From the NCBI GenBank assembly GCA_036397635.1, contig DASWIP010000080.1, positions 37,792-101,791 on the forward strand: a stretch of DNA of 64,000 nt, in the 5' to 3' direction. Position 1 is the stretch's first letter, and each line of letters opens with the position of its first letter. This document shows positions 8,819 to 18,482 of this stretch, piece by piece. The translations under genes and the position numbers were made by a program. The notes beneath the pieces were generated by a model. The model worked only from the letters and a program-made list of their open reading frames with translations. It made no database searches and was not told where the DNA came from. The DNA is from Actinomycetota bacterium (GTDB lineage: Bacteria > Actinomycetota > AC-67).

Positions 8819-10078
8819 CTAGACGATCTCGTAGACGCGTACCTCCGCCAGCCGGCTGCGCAGCAACGCGGTCGCGATGCCCGCGCTGTTCTGCAGCACG
8901 CTCGAGCCGTAGACGCTGAACGTGAGCTGCAGCTCCTCGGCTGCAGGGGCATCGGCCTCCTGCCGGCTCCACACGGCCATCCGCAGCATCTCGTCGAGCA
9001 GCGACACCGGCCCCCCGTGCGCGTCCACGATGCCGGCGCTCGCGCCGGATGCGCAAGCATCGCAAGGACCAGCGACTGCCGTCGCGGTCGAGATCGCCGA
9101 CTCGGTCCACCCGATGAGCGGCGTCGCGCCCTGCACGAACGCCTCGGCCGAATCCACCCTCAGGTCGACGACGTAGATGCGCGCGCGGACGGGCTCGCTC
9201 GGTGTGTCCTCCAGCGTGATCGCCGCGTCGCCGCTTGCGTTGCCCGATCCCGGCGCGGTCCCCGCGACCGGCGATATCACGTCGAGGTCCATCTCCAGGC
9301 GGCCGGTGCTGCGCGCCACCGCGCTGCGGCAGGTGAACGTGGTGCCGATCGACCCGTTGCAGCCACGATCGGCGCGCGCGGCGGTGTAGGGGGCAGCCAG
9401 CATACGCTCGACCGACGGCGTCGCCAGCTCGACGTGGCGCAGCGCGCCCACAACTCTTCCGTGTACCTCGCCGATCCCCTCGAGGGTCGCGGTCACCATC
9501 ACGTGAACCGACGCGCGGATCGTGCCCGGCGGCACAGGGCCACCCAACGGGTCTGCCATCACGGCCAGCACGCTCGCCTCGGCCGGCGGATCGGAAGGGA
9601 CATCCAACAGCTTCTCGGCGCGCCCGACGCAGGCCGCGCAGGTGTCGTGCTCGAGCACGATCTCGACGGACACATCGATCGAGCTCAGCAGCGGCAGCGT
9701 CCCGGATGGCTCCGCGAGCAGTTCATCGAACCCGAACGACGCCACCCCGAGCACCGCTTGGGTCGCCGTGGACCGCACGCTCGTCGCGGTGAACCAGGCC
9801 TCGGCGACACCGGTCACCACTCCGAGGGATGATCCTTCGTCGCGGGTCCGGGCGAGCAGCTCCAGATCGAACCCTCCGGTCTCCGCATCGGCGCTCGCGT
9901 CGAAGGTCACGCAGGTTCCGGTCAGGCCCAGCGAGTCGAAGCATCCCGCCGCCGCGGTCGCCTCCTGGTACGGCGCTGTCACGAAGACCTGGCGTGGGTC
10001 CGTATCGGCGTTCGCGGGCCCGGGCAGCGCGAGACTCATCGCCAGCAGCAGGACCGCTCCGATCCGTCGACATCCCAT
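8819..10078 (-). CDS. Secreted hypothetical protein (Cys-containing)
   Basis: In-frame ATG with SD 'GGGAGG' and signal peptide 'MGCRRIGAVLLLAMSLALPGPANA'. Strong GC3 codon bias throughout. No recognisable domain. Confidence 0.6.
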   Translation of the reverse strand: MGCRRIGAVLLLAMSLALPGPANADTDPRQVFVTAPYQEATAAAGCFDSLGLTGTCVTFDASADAETGGFDLELLARTRDEGSSLGVVTGVAEAWFTATSVRSTATQAVLGVASFGFDELLAEPSGTLPLLSSIDVSVEIVLEHDTCAACVGRAEKLLDVPSDPPAEASVLAVMADPLGGPVPPGTIRASVHVMVTATLEGIGEVHGRVVGALRHVELATPSVERMLAAPYTAARADRGCNGSIGTTFTCRSAVARSTGRLEMDLDVISPVAGTAPGSGNASGDAAITLEDTPSEPVRARIYVVDLRVDSAEAFVQGATPLIGWTESAISTATAVAGPCDACASGASAGIVDAHGGPVSLLDEMLRMAVWSRQEADAPAAEELQLTFSVYGSSVLQNSAGIATALLRSRLAEVRVYEIV

Positions 10079-10171
10079 GGTTCCCTCCCGTTCGACTCGT
10101 TCGCATCCCCATGAGGACCCGTGGGACGCTTCCTTGCACCCCCTCAGGGGTTCCGCCGGCCGCGCTAAGGT

Positions 10172-10510
10172 GTGCGTGTGGAAGTCTTCGAGGTCTTCCA
10201 GCGGCGGACCCATGACGATCCGCTGATCAACGTCGGCTCGATCAAGGCCCCCGACCTGGAGATGGCGTTGCTGCTCGCGCGCGAGACCCATTTCCGGCAT
10301 GGAGAGGGCGTCGAATGCTGGGTGTCCCAGCGAGGCGAGATGCACGCGGTGCCGGACCCCGAGACCATGGGCGGCGTGCTCGATCATTCGTACCGACGCC
10401 AGGACGGCTACGTCGGCGTCGGCGCGAAACACAAGCGGGTCAGCGAGGCGATCGCCGCGCGCGGCCTGCGCATCGACGCAGATCGGCCGACGGCGGGCAC
10501 CCGTGGGTAG
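10172..10510 (+). CDS. paaB: 1,2-phenylacetyl-CoA epoxidase subunit B
   Basis: About 110 aa 'VEVFEVFQRRTHDDPLINVGSIKAPDLEMALLLARETHFRHGEGVECWVSQ', characteristic of PaaB. GTG start (alternative GTG at 10178). Confidence 0.8.
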   Translation: MRVEVFEVFQRRTHDDPLINVGSIKAPDLEMALLLARETHFRHGEGVECWVSQRGEMHAVPDPETMGGVLDHSYRRQDGYVGVGAKHKRVSEAIAARGLRIDADRPTAGTRG

Positions 10511-11387
10511 CGATCCGCGGCTCGGGCTGCTGCTGGCGCTGGCCGACGACGAGTTGATCATGGGCCATCGACTAAGCGAGTGGACCGGCTGGGTCCCATA
10601 CGTCGAGGAGGACCTGGCGATGTCCTCGATCGCCCAGGACGAGCTGGGGCACGCGCGCGCTCTCTACGAGATCGTGTCGTCGATCGACGGGCAGGACGTG
10701 GACGCGCTCGCGCTGGGACGGGCGGCCGATGAGTACCGCAACGCCGTGTTGTGCGAGCGTCCGAACCGCGACTACGCATACACGGTCGCCCGGCACTGGC
10801 TCTACGACACCGCCGACGACGTGCGTCTCGCCGCACTGGATGCCACCACGTTCAAGGAACTGCGCGAGGCGATCGAGGTGTTCAGGCTGGAGGAGCGCTA
10901 CCACCTCGAGCACGCGCGCCTTTGGTTCCGGCGGCTGGCCGAGGGTCCGGTCGAGGCACGACGTCGGCTCGCCGACGCGCTCGAGGCGGCGATCGGCGAG
11001 GCGCTCGCGCTGTTCGAGCCGCTGCCGGAGGAGAACGCGCTGCTCGCGGATGGGACGTTGCCGCGCGCGCACGAAGAGATGCTCGCCGACTGGCTCGCGG
11101 TGATCGGCGCCGACCTGGACGCCGCCGGGCTGGACTACGTGCTCGCCGGCGGCGACGAGGGATCCGACGCGGAGATGATCCCGACCTCCGCGGGTGCGAT
11201 CGAGGCCGACGGGGACGCGCGCGCGCGCCTGCAGGTACCCGGCCTCGCACGACGCGACGGCCGATGGGCACACGAGGGTGCCTTCGCCGGCGCCGGCGGG
11301 CGGCACGGCCAACACTCGGAGGACTTCGAGCCGCTGTGGACCGAGATGACGGCGCTGTACCGCGCGCACCCGGGGGCGTCATGGTGA
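10503..11387 (+). CDS. paaC: 1,2-phenylacetyl-CoA epoxidase subunit C
   Basis: 'LLLALADDELIMGHRLSEWTGWVPYVEEDLAMSSIAQDELGHARALYEI' is the PaaC ferritin-like fold. GTG start overlaps the paaB stop. Carries a C-terminal extension. Confidence 0.8.
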   Translation: MGSDPRLGLLLALADDELIMGHRLSEWTGWVPYVEEDLAMSSIAQDELGHARALYEIVSSIDGQDVDALALGRAADEYRNAVLCERPNRDYAYTVARHWLYDTADDVRLAALDATTFKELREAIEVFRLEERYHLEHARLWFRRLAEGPVEARRRLADALEAAIGEALALFEPLPEENALLADGTLPRAHEEMLADWLAVIGADLDAAGLDYVLAGGDEGSDAEMIPTSAGAIEADGDARARLQVPGLARRDGRWAHEGAFAGAGGRHGQHSEDFEPLWTEMTALYRAHPGASW

Positions 11388-11869
11388 CGCGCGCGCTCAC
11401 CGAGGCCGGCGTGCTCGCGGCGCTGGACGAGGTGATGGATCCCGAGATCCCCTCGTGCTCGGTCGTGGACCTGGGCATCGTCGAGCGCGTCGCGGTCACC
11501 GGTGACGCCGTCGAGGTGGATCTGCTGCCGACGTTCTCGGGCTGTCCGGCCCTGGATGTGATCGGACGCGACGTGGCCCGAGCCGTCGAGCAGCTCGGCG
11601 CGCGCACGCAGGTCCGCTGGGTCCGCACGAGGCCGTGGACGACCGATCGGATCACCGAACGCGGGCGCGCGCGCCTGGCCGAGTACGGCATCGCGCCCCC
11701 CGGTTCGCCGGTTGTCGTCGAACTCGGAAGGCCGGACCCGATCGCGTGCCCCTACTGCGGTGCGAGGGCGACCGAGGAGCAGTCGGCGTTCGGGCCGACC
11801 CCCTGCCGTGCGATCCGCTACTGCCCGGCATGCCGCAATCCATTCGAGGCTTTCAAGCCGAAGGGATAG
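11381..11869 (+). CDS. paaD: Phenylacetate-CoA oxygenase subunit PaaD (MIP18/DUF59 domain plus C-terminal Cys cluster)
   Basis: 'VLAALDEVMDPEIPSCSVVDLGIVERV' and C-terminal 'CPYCG...CRAIRYCPACRNPFEAFK'. ATG overlaps the paaC stop (ATGGTGA). Confidence 0.85.
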   Translation: MVTRALTEAGVLAALDEVMDPEIPSCSVVDLGIVERVAVTGDAVEVDLLPTFSGCPALDVIGRDVARAVEQLGARTQVRWVRTRPWTTDRITERGRARLAEYGIAPPGSPVVVELGRPDPIACPYCGARATEEQSAFGPTPCRAIRYCPACRNPFEAFKPKG

Positions 11870-11875
11870 GATCCA

Positions 11876-12301
11876 ATGGTGGCCGATTGCCTGTTCTGCG
11901 GGATCGTCGCCGGGACCGAGCCGGCGGAGATCCTCTTCGAGGACGAGGACGCGATCGCGTTCCTGGACATCGGCCCGGCGACCGAAGGGCACACCCTAGT
12001 GGTGCCGCGGCATCACTGCGTGGACCTGTTCGACATCGGCGAGGAACGCGCGGGGACGCTCATGCGCACGGCGGTCGAGGTCGCGGAGCTGCTCAAGGTC
12101 GCGCTGCAGCCCGCGGGGATGAACATGGTTCACGCCAGCGGCGCGGCGGCATGGCAATCGGTGTTCCACTTCCATCTGCACCTGATCCCGCGCTATCGCA
12201 TCGACGAGCTGACGCCGCCGTGGCCGATCGGCCGCACCCGTGCAGATGGGAACGAACTGACGGCGGTGGCCGAGCGCATCCGCGCCATCGGCCTCGGCTG
12301 A
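11876..12301 (+). CDS. HIT-family (histidine triad) hydrolase
   Basis: Histidine-triad motif 'HFHLHLIP' and the N-terminal 'CLFCGI' zinc-site context. Confidence 0.85.
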   Translation: MVADCLFCGIVAGTEPAEILFEDEDAIAFLDIGPATEGHTLVVPRHHCVDLFDIGEERAGTLMRTAVEVAELLKVALQPAGMNMVHASGAAAWQSVFHFHLHLIPRYRIDELTPPWPIGRTRADGNELTAVAERIRAIGLG

Positions 12302-12341
12302 CGGTCCGGCTTGCTACGGCGCGCACTCAGACGGCGCGCGC

Positions 12342-12788
12342 TCAGACGGCGCCGGTCTCGGCGAGCGCCTTCAGCTTGCGCATGCTGGCGGCGAGCACGC
12401 GCTCGATCGGACGCCGAAGCACCGAACCGCCGAACTCCCCCAGCGACCCGAACGGCGGGTCCAACTCCTCGGCCCACTCGAAGAACGTGCCGCTTCCCGC
12501 GGGCTCCAGCTCCCACCACGCAAGCCCGCGGATCGGCCAACGATGATGCATGATCGCGATCATCCGCTCGGGCTCCCATCCGGTCACCGTGAAGTGGTCG
12601 CGCAGCGCGATGCCCGCGATCTTGGTCACCGCGCGCACCTTGGTTCCGACACCTTCGCGCTGCGGGCCGACGACCTCGACGCTGGTGGCATCGACCATCC
12701 AGCGCGCCGACCCCTCCCAGTCGCGGAGCAGATCCCACACGCGCGACGGCGGCGCTTCTATCAGCCCGGCGACACGGAAGAAAGCCAT
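12342..12788 (-). CDS. SRPBCC-family protein (polyketide cyclase/START-like)
   Basis: About 148 aa 'MAFFRVAGLIEAPPSRVWDLLRDWEGSARWM...' with a Bet v1-like pattern. Confidence 0.6.
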   Translation of the reverse strand: MAFFRVAGLIEAPPSRVWDLLRDWEGSARWMVDATSVEVVGPQREGVGTKVRAVTKIAGIALRDHFTVTGWEPERMIAIMHHRWPIRGLAWWELEPAGSGTFFEWAEELDPPFGSLGEFGGSVLRRPIERVLAASMRKLKALAETGAV

Positions 12789-12840
12789 GCAGGGCTTACA
12801 TCTACCCGACCCCAGCCGTGGGAGCACATAGACGGGAACG

Positions 12841-13518
12841 TCAGGTCGCGCGCCGCTGCAAGGCCTCCAGGTCGCGTATCACGATCTCACGCCGGTGCGT
12901 GCGGATCGTGCCACGGTCCCGGAGCGAGCGGAGCGCCTTGCTCACCGCCTCGCGCGAGGCACCCGTCCACCCCGCGAGCTCCTCCTGGGTCAGCGGAAGC
13001 TCGACGTGGATCTCGGCGTTGATCCGCTCGCCGAACTGCTCGGCCAGTTCGAGCAACCGTTGCGCGACCCGGCCGGTCACGTCGTGGGTGCCGAACTCGA
13101 CCCGTCTCAGGTTGGCCTCGCGGAGCCGCCCGACCACGGTTCGCAGCAACATGACAGCGACGCGAGGATGCTCCTCCAGATAGGCTTGGAACTCTGGTGC
13201 CGGCACGAGCAGCGCCTCGACAGGATCAAGCGCCGCCACCGTCGCCGATCGCGGCCGGCCGTCCAGCGTGGATAGCTCGCCGAGCAGCTCGCCCGGCCCC
13301 CGCATCGCGTAGACGACCTCTCCCCCGTCGGCGGTGTACGAGCAGATCTTCACCCGGCCCTGCACGATCACGACGACGTGATCGGAGAGGTCGCCCTCGC
13401 TGAACAGGTAGGTGCCGCGCCGGAAACGGCGGGTGGACGCACGATCGATGAGCGCTCGACGCTCTTGCTCGTCCAGCGACGCCAGGAACCCCTGCCGGTC
13501 GGGGCTCGGCTCTCCCAC
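12841..13518 (-). CDS. Crp/Fnr-family transcriptional regulator
   Basis: N-terminal cNMP-binding region ('GTYLFSEGDLSDHVVVIVQGRVKI...RGPGELLGELS') and C-terminal HTH ('LTQEELAGWTGASREAVSKALRSL'). Confidence 0.85.
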   Translation of the reverse strand: MGEPSPDRQGFLASLDEQERRALIDRASTRRFRRGTYLFSEGDLSDHVVVIVQGRVKICSYTADGGEVVYAMRGPGELLGELSTLDGRPRSATVAALDPVEALLVPAPEFQAYLEEHPRVAVMLLRTVVGRLREANLRRVEFGTHDVTGRVAQRLLELAEQFGERINAEIHVELPLTQEELAGWTGASREAVSKALRSLRDRGTIRTHRREIVIRDLEALQRRAT

Positions 13519-13550
13519 GTCGCTGTCATATCACGTTCGGCGGCAGAGGC

Positions 13551-13581
13551 GAAGGGATCCGGGCTTCGCCCGGATCCCTTC
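13551..13581. terminator. Perfect 14-bp-stem GC hairpin downstream of the 13603..14004 gene
   Basis: 'gaagggatccgggc ttc gcccggatcccttc'. Confidence 0.45.
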
Positions 13582-13602
13582 TCGTTGCGCGCCCCCCCCA
13601 GG

Positions 13603-14004
13603 TCAGTCGAGCGCGAGCGCGTCGCCCAGCCAGTTCGGTCCCGCCGGCCCGTGCTCGATCAGATCGGCCTGGCTCAGCTCTGAAGCGTCGCACTGCTCGA
13701 TCTGGTAGGCGGCGAAGCACCGGTCCAGCGCCGCGACCTTGCTGCCGGGGTCGACCGAGACGGTCGCGCGCACCGCAACCTTGTCCACGCGCGCCGTCTG
13801 GTCGACCGTGATGCCCTCAGGCGATGCCGCCAGCGACCCCGTCGTGCCGTGGGTGCTCGAGCCGGCGTTCGTTTCCACCGTCGACTCCCCGCCCCGATCG
13901 ATCCGGAACGTGGCCTCGTCGACCCGGTCCGCCGCGAAGGCGGCCGCACTCGCGAACAGGACGCTGCCCAGAACGAGGATCCCGATCAGCTGCTTGGCCT
14001 TCAT
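13603..14004 (-). CDS. Small secreted hypothetical protein
   Basis: Signal peptide 'MKAKQLIGILVLGSVLFASAAAFA'. 133 aa. Confidence 0.5.
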   Translation of the reverse strand: MKAKQLIGILVLGSVLFASAAAFAADRVDEATFRIDRGGESTVETNAGSSTHGTTGSLAASPEGITVDQTARVDKVAVRATVSVDPGSKVAALDRCFAAYQIEQCDASELSQADLIEHGPAGPNWLGDALALD

Positions 14005-14157
14005 GTCTCCCCCTTATCCGCCGGGACAACGTCCCGAAGTCACTGGGGCCACGGTACGGTCGGGAGGATCCGTCGACGAGGGAGTGGGTCACAGACGGGT
14101 GTGCACTATCCCGGTGTCGGATGTGAACCAGTGCACATCGCGGCGAGAACGCGCAGG

Positions 14158-15429
14158 TCAAGCGGCCCGTGCGCGCGCAGCCGGCGCCGTTTCCTCGGCC
14201 CGCAGCGTCATCGCGAGCACCAGCGCAGAGACCGAGGCGATCACGAAGAAGGCGGCCGAGAAGCTCACGTGCTCGGCGATGGCGCCGGCGGTCACGGGGC
14301 CGATCAGCGAGCCCAGATCGCCGGCGATGCGGTAGCCGCTGACCGCGACGCCTCGCGACTCGGCCGAGGCGACGTCGGCGATCATGGCGGTCGGGCCCGG
14401 CCGCGCGTACCCGCTGGCAGCGCCAACAACCGCCATCACCACGATCACCGATGTCGCATTGGTAACCAGGCCGAGAGCAGCCAGAGCCAGGCCGGCGACC
14501 ACGACCGCGGGCTGCAGCGCGAACTTGCGTCCGCGCCGGTCCGAGAGCGATCCCGCGTGCCAGACGACCAGCAGGCCGGCGAGCGCCGACGCGGTGAACG
14601 GCAGGCCGACCGAGCCTTCCGAACGCCCGAGCACGTCGCGCCAGAGCACAGGGAGCAGCGTCTGCATCGCCGAGACGACAAGGAACCCCCACATCGTGGC
14701 GGTGAGCGCTGCTCGATACGTCGGGTTGGCGAGCAGCGGACGCAGACGGCTCCACGCGGGTGCACGCGGCCCCGGAGGCTCACCGCTCGGCAGGTCGGGC
14801 GCCTGCGTGAGCGCTTCGGCGGGGACGCGCTCGGGGCCGAGCGCGCGCAGGATCAGCGGCACCGAGACCAGGCACGTGGCGCCGTACACGTACAGTGGGA
14901 CGTTCACAGAGGTGAGGGCGATCAGCACGCCACCGATCAGGGGCCCGAGCAGCAATCCGAGCACGAACGAGCCTTGGAAGATGCCCATCGCGCGGCCGCG
15001 CTCCTCGGGAGCAGTCGTGCCGACGAGGTACGCGAGCAGCCCGCCGAGGAACAAAGCCGAGCCGACGCCGCCCACCCCGCGCAGGACCCAGAGCTGGGTG
15101 AACGAGCCCGCCGCGCCGGCCGCGATCGAGGAGACGCCGACGATCAACGCGCCGAGCGCCGTGATCGGCCGCTCACCGAACTTGTCGATCAATGCGCCGG
15201 CGAACAGGTCGCCGATCAGCCGCGTGATCGCGAAGGCGGTGATGACCCAGCCGACGGCGGTCTCGCCGACCTCGAATTGCTTCGCGAACAGCGGCAGCGC
15301 GGGGATGATCAGGCCGAACCCGATCATGATCAGCAAGCTCATCCCGATCACGGCGCGGAAGCGCGCCGAGGCCAGCGGGGTGCGCCCGATCGCACCTGCC
15401 GCAGCGCTCGAGAAGGGTCGACGGGCCAC
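14158..15429 (-). CDS. MFS transporter
   Basis: 423 aa with 12 predicted TM helices and an MFS loop motif 'LSDRRGRK'. Confidence 0.8.
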   Translation of the reverse strand: MARRPFSSAAAGAIGRTPLASARFRAVIGMSLLIMIGFGLIIPALPLFAKQFEVGETAVGWVITAFAITRLIGDLFAGALIDKFGERPITALGALIVGVSSIAAGAAGSFTQLWVLRGVGGVGSALFLGGLLAYLVGTTAPEERGRAMGIFQGSFVLGLLLGPLIGGVLIALTSVNVPLYVYGATCLVSVPLILRALGPERVPAEALTQAPDLPSGEPPGPRAPAWSRLRPLLANPTYRAALTATMWGFLVVSAMQTLLPVLWRDVLGRSEGSVGLPFTASALAGLLVVWHAGSLSDRRGRKFALQPAVVVAGLALAALGLVTNATSVIVVMAVVGAASGYARPGPTAMIADVASAESRGVAVSGYRIAGDLGSLIGPVTAGAIAEHVSFSAAFFVIASVSALVLAMTLRAEETAPAARARAA

Positions 15430-15500
15430 GAGCAGGCATCCTATTCGGCCCTGATGGGGTTCTCTAACCGGCGCCGAGGTCGCGCCCGCGCGGCGCCCCC

Positions 15501-15604
15501 GGTCCTCACCGCGCGCAGCCGCCCACCGTACTCACGTGCAGATCCCGCCCACGGTCCTCACCGCGCGCAGCCGCCCACCGTGCTCACGTCCACATCCCGC
15601 CCAC
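15501..15604. repeat. Intergenic tandem duplication, 2 x 52 bp (3 mismatches)
   Basis: 'ggtcctcaccgcgcgcagccgcccaccgtactcacgtgcagatcccgcccac' is repeated immediately. Lies between the MFS start and the DegV stop. Confidence 0.8.
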
Positions 15605-15707
15605 CCGTTCTCGTCGCGCTCCGCTTCCGCTTGCCGGACGCAGATCGTTACGAGAACGGTGGCAGCCCGTCCTTCCGCCGTGGGAGGCCGTGGCGTTTAC
15701 CCGCGGC

Positions 15708-16553
15708 TCAGCCCCAGAAGGCCACGCCGAGCAGACCGGGTCCCGTGTGAGCGCCCATGAGGGGCGTGAACTCGGCCAGGAGGATCTCTTCGTACGCGAC
15801 CTCGCGCCGGAGCGTCGCCACCAGCTCCTCGGCCTCGTCGGCGCACGCGGCGTGCGCCACGCCGATGTGGAGCGGACCCCCCGCCGCCGCTTTGCGCACC
15901 TCGGTCAGCACGCGCTCGATGGCTCGCGCGCGCGTCCGCGGGCGGCCGAGCTGCTCGACCTGTCCGCGCCGAAACCCGAAGACGGGCTTGATGTTCAGCG
16001 CGGTCGCCGCATACGCCATGAGGACGTTCACGCGACCCGAGCGCCTCAGGAACTCGAACGTGTCGATGGCGGCGATGAAGGCGGTGCGGTCGGCGATGTC
16101 GCGCGCGCGCGCGGCCACCTCTTCGAGGCTCGCGCCGGCGGCCGCGGCGCGCGCGGCCTCGATCGCCGGCAGCCCTTCGCCCAGCGAGGCGCTGCGGGAA
16201 TCGACGACCACGACGCGGCTGGGATCCACCTCGCGCGCCGCGGCGACCGCCGCATCGTGGGTGGCGCTCACGAACGAGGCAACGGTCACGCAGACCAGCG
16301 TGTCGTACCGTTTGAGTGCCCGCTCGTAAGCGCTGCGGAAGTCGCCGATCGAGGGGGCGGAGGTCGATACCGGCACGCGCTCGGCCACGAGCGCGTCGTA
16401 GAACTCGCTCGGGTTCAGGTCGACGCCGTCGAGCGACACACGTTCGCCGAACTTCAGCACCATCGGCACCACGGTGATGCCGAGCTGCTCGAGCAGGTCC
16501 GGCGGGATGTTCGCCGCTGAATCGACCACGATGCCGGTCCTACCCGTCGCCAT
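15708..16553 (-). CDS. DegV-family fatty-acid-binding protein
   Basis: 'IVVDSAANIPPDL...' start and DegV-typical fold length of 282 aa. ATG at 16553. Confidence 0.75.
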   Translation of the reverse strand: MATGRTGIVVDSAANIPPDLLEQLGITVVPMVLKFGERVSLDGVDLNPSEFYDALVAERVPVSTSAPSIGDFRSAYERALKRYDTLVCVTVASFVSATHDAAVAAAREVDPSRVVVVDSRSASLGEGLPAIEAARAAAAGASLEEVAARARDIADRTAFIAAIDTFEFLRRSGRVNVLMAYAATALNIKPVFGFRRGQVEQLGRPRTRARAIERVLTEVRKAAAGGPLHIGVAHAACADEAEELVATLRREVAYEEILLAEFTPLMGAHTGPGLLGVAFWG

Positions 16554-16659
16554 ACATCCTCCCACGCCGCTCCGAGGCCCTCGGGCGGGATATACGATAC
16601 TTGCCGGGCCACCCACATGACGGCCCGACAGACATGCGACACCCAGACGCCCGACACAC

Positions 16660-17457
16660 ATGACGGCAGAGCTGACGCGCTACCGACTGCGCCATCGCGC
16701 GCGGCCCATCGACGTATGGGTCGCGGGCGACGGCCCGCCGATCGTGCTCCTACACGGCTGGGGCCTCAGCGGGCGCGTCTACCGCGATGCCGTCCTGGCG
16801 ATCGCCTCCCGGGGATACCGCGTCGCGGCACCATCGCTGGCCGTCGCCGAGTCCTGGAAGATGGACATGATCGCCGAGATGGCGGCCGAAGCCATGGCCG
16901 GGGTGGACGCGGCGCCGGCCCCGGTGCTCGGACATTCGTTCGGGGGCGCGGTTGGCGTGACACTGGCGGTCCAGCACCCCGACTTCGTGCGCGCGGTCGT
17001 TCCGATCTCCGCCCCGCTGGTCTCGCTCGGCACCCGCGGCATGGGCAAGGTCGTGTTGCCGGGACGTCATTTCCGCATCGTGACCCACGCGCCCGCCGCT
17101 GCCGCGCTGCTGCGCGCGGCCACCACACGCGGGGGCATCGGCAGCCTCGCGCGCGCGGCCCGCTGGGTCATCGGCAACGGGCAAGACCCTAGGCTCGAAA
17201 CCCTGGCCGCCACCGACATCCCGCGCGCGGTGGTCTGGGCCGAGGAGGACTCGCTGCTCTCCCCGGAGGTGGGACGGCGCGCCGCCGAGGTGCTCGCCTG
17301 CACCTTCCACTTGATCGGTGGTGGGAACGGATGGAATGGCACGCGGCTGCCCGATCACGACTGGCCGATGCGCCATCCCGAGCATTTCGCCGACACCATC
17401 CTCCGGATCCTCGGCTCACTACTGCCGGCGGACCCCGACTACGGGCTGCACGCGTGA
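16660..17457 (+). CDS. Alpha/beta-hydrolase fold protein
   Basis: 'VLLHGWGLSG' and nucleophile elbow 'GHSFGG'. Confidence 0.75.
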   Translation: MTAELTRYRLRHRARPIDVWVAGDGPPIVLLHGWGLSGRVYRDAVLAIASRGYRVAAPSLAVAESWKMDMIAEMAAEAMAGVDAAPAPVLGHSFGGAVGVTLAVQHPDFVRAVVPISAPLVSLGTRGMGKVVLPGRHFRIVTHAPAAAALLRAATTRGGIGSLARAARWVIGNGQDPRLETLAATDIPRAVVWAEEDSLLSPEVGRRAAEVLACTFHLIGGGNGWNGTRLPDHDWPMRHPEHFADTILRILGSLLPADPDYGLHA

Positions 17458-18428
17458 GCCGCTCCCGTCAGCGATGCCGCGCCGTGCTGGTCAAAGACGA
17501 CGGCACCCCATACGCGTGCCCGGACGACGCGCAGCCGGGACATCCGTTGTGCGCTCGGCACACCGGCCCGGCGGAACGGGTCGAGGCCGACACGCTGGAG
17601 GAGATGATCGGCGGGTGGGGTCGCGCGGCCGCCGATGCGCTCAAGAAGCGTTTGCGCGGCGAACAACCGGCCGACGGTTCCTACGACGAGGACCTGGTGC
17701 GCGCGCTGCTCCCCTTCGCGATGCCGCTATACGCGATGTACTGGCGGGTCGAGGTCATCGGGATCGAGAACATCCCGACCGAAGGGCCCGCACAGCTCGT
17801 GTCCAACCATTCGGGAACGTTCCCGTTGGACGGCGCGATGCTCAAGATCGCGGTCCTGAAGGAGCACGGCCGCAACCCGTGGCTGCTCGCCGGCGACCTC
17901 GCGTTCACGATCCCGGGGTTCCGCAGCCTGCTTCGGCTCGCGGGCAACGCGCGCGCGCATCGCCAGGACACCCTGGCGCTGCTACGCGCCGGCGAGCTGG
18001 TCGGCGTGTTCCCCGAGGGGTACAAGGGCATCGGCAAGGGATGGAAGCGCCGCTATCAGCTGCAGCGGTTCGGTCGCGGCGGGTTCGTCGAGGTGGCGAT
18101 GGAGACCGGAGCGCCCATCATCCCGGTCGCGATCATCGGCGCCGAGGAGACCTATCCGATGATCGCGAACCTGGGCTTCGTCGCACGCCGCCTCGGACTT
18201 CCCTACTTCCCGGTGACGCCGACCTTCCCGCTCCTCGGACCATTGGGCGTGATCCCATTGCCGTCGAAGTGGATCATCGTGTTCGGTGAGCCGATCCCGA
18301 TGATCGGCTTCGGGGCCTCCATGGCCGAGGACACGCAATCGGTACTCGAGCTCACCGAAGAGGTGCGACAGAACGTGCAGCGGATGCTGACCGAGCACCT
18401 GCCGCGCCGGCGCCGAACGTTCCTGTAG
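17454..18428 (+). CDS. PlsC-family acyltransferase (lysophospholipid acyltransferase-like)
   Basis: HX4D motif 'NHSGTFPLDG' and 'FPEGYKG'. GTG start overlaps the upstream stop (alternative ATG at 17604). Confidence 0.7.
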   Translation: MSRSRQRCRAVLVKDDGTPYACPDDAQPGHPLCARHTGPAERVEADTLEEMIGGWGRAAADALKKRLRGEQPADGSYDEDLVRALLPFAMPLYAMYWRVEVIGIENIPTEGPAQLVSNHSGTFPLDGAMLKIAVLKEHGRNPWLLAGDLAFTIPGFRSLLRLAGNARAHRQDTLALLRAGELVGVFPEGYKGIGKGWKRRYQLQRFGRGGFVEVAMETGAPIIPVAIIGAEETYPMIANLGFVARRLGLPYFPVTPTFPLLGPLGVIPLPSKWIIVFGEPIPMIGFGASMAEDTQSVLELTEEVRQNVQRMLTEHLPRRRRTFL

Positions 18429-18436
18429 GCGTCGGC

Positions 18437-18466
18437 GCGAAGGGCCCGGCACGCCGGGCCCTTCGC
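18437..18466. terminator. GC-rich hairpin (perfect 13-bp stem, 4-nt loop) between convergent genes
   Basis: 'gcgaagggcccgg cacg ccgggcccttcgc'. No U-tract, as is usual in high-GC genomes. Confidence 0.45.
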
Positions 18467-18482
18467 TCGCTCCGCGGTCCAG

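Noticed and set aside
13849-15750. 633-aa plus-strand ORF
   Set aside because: Antisense to the MFS transporter. Highly charged Arg/Asp/Glu/His composition without TM or domain signal.
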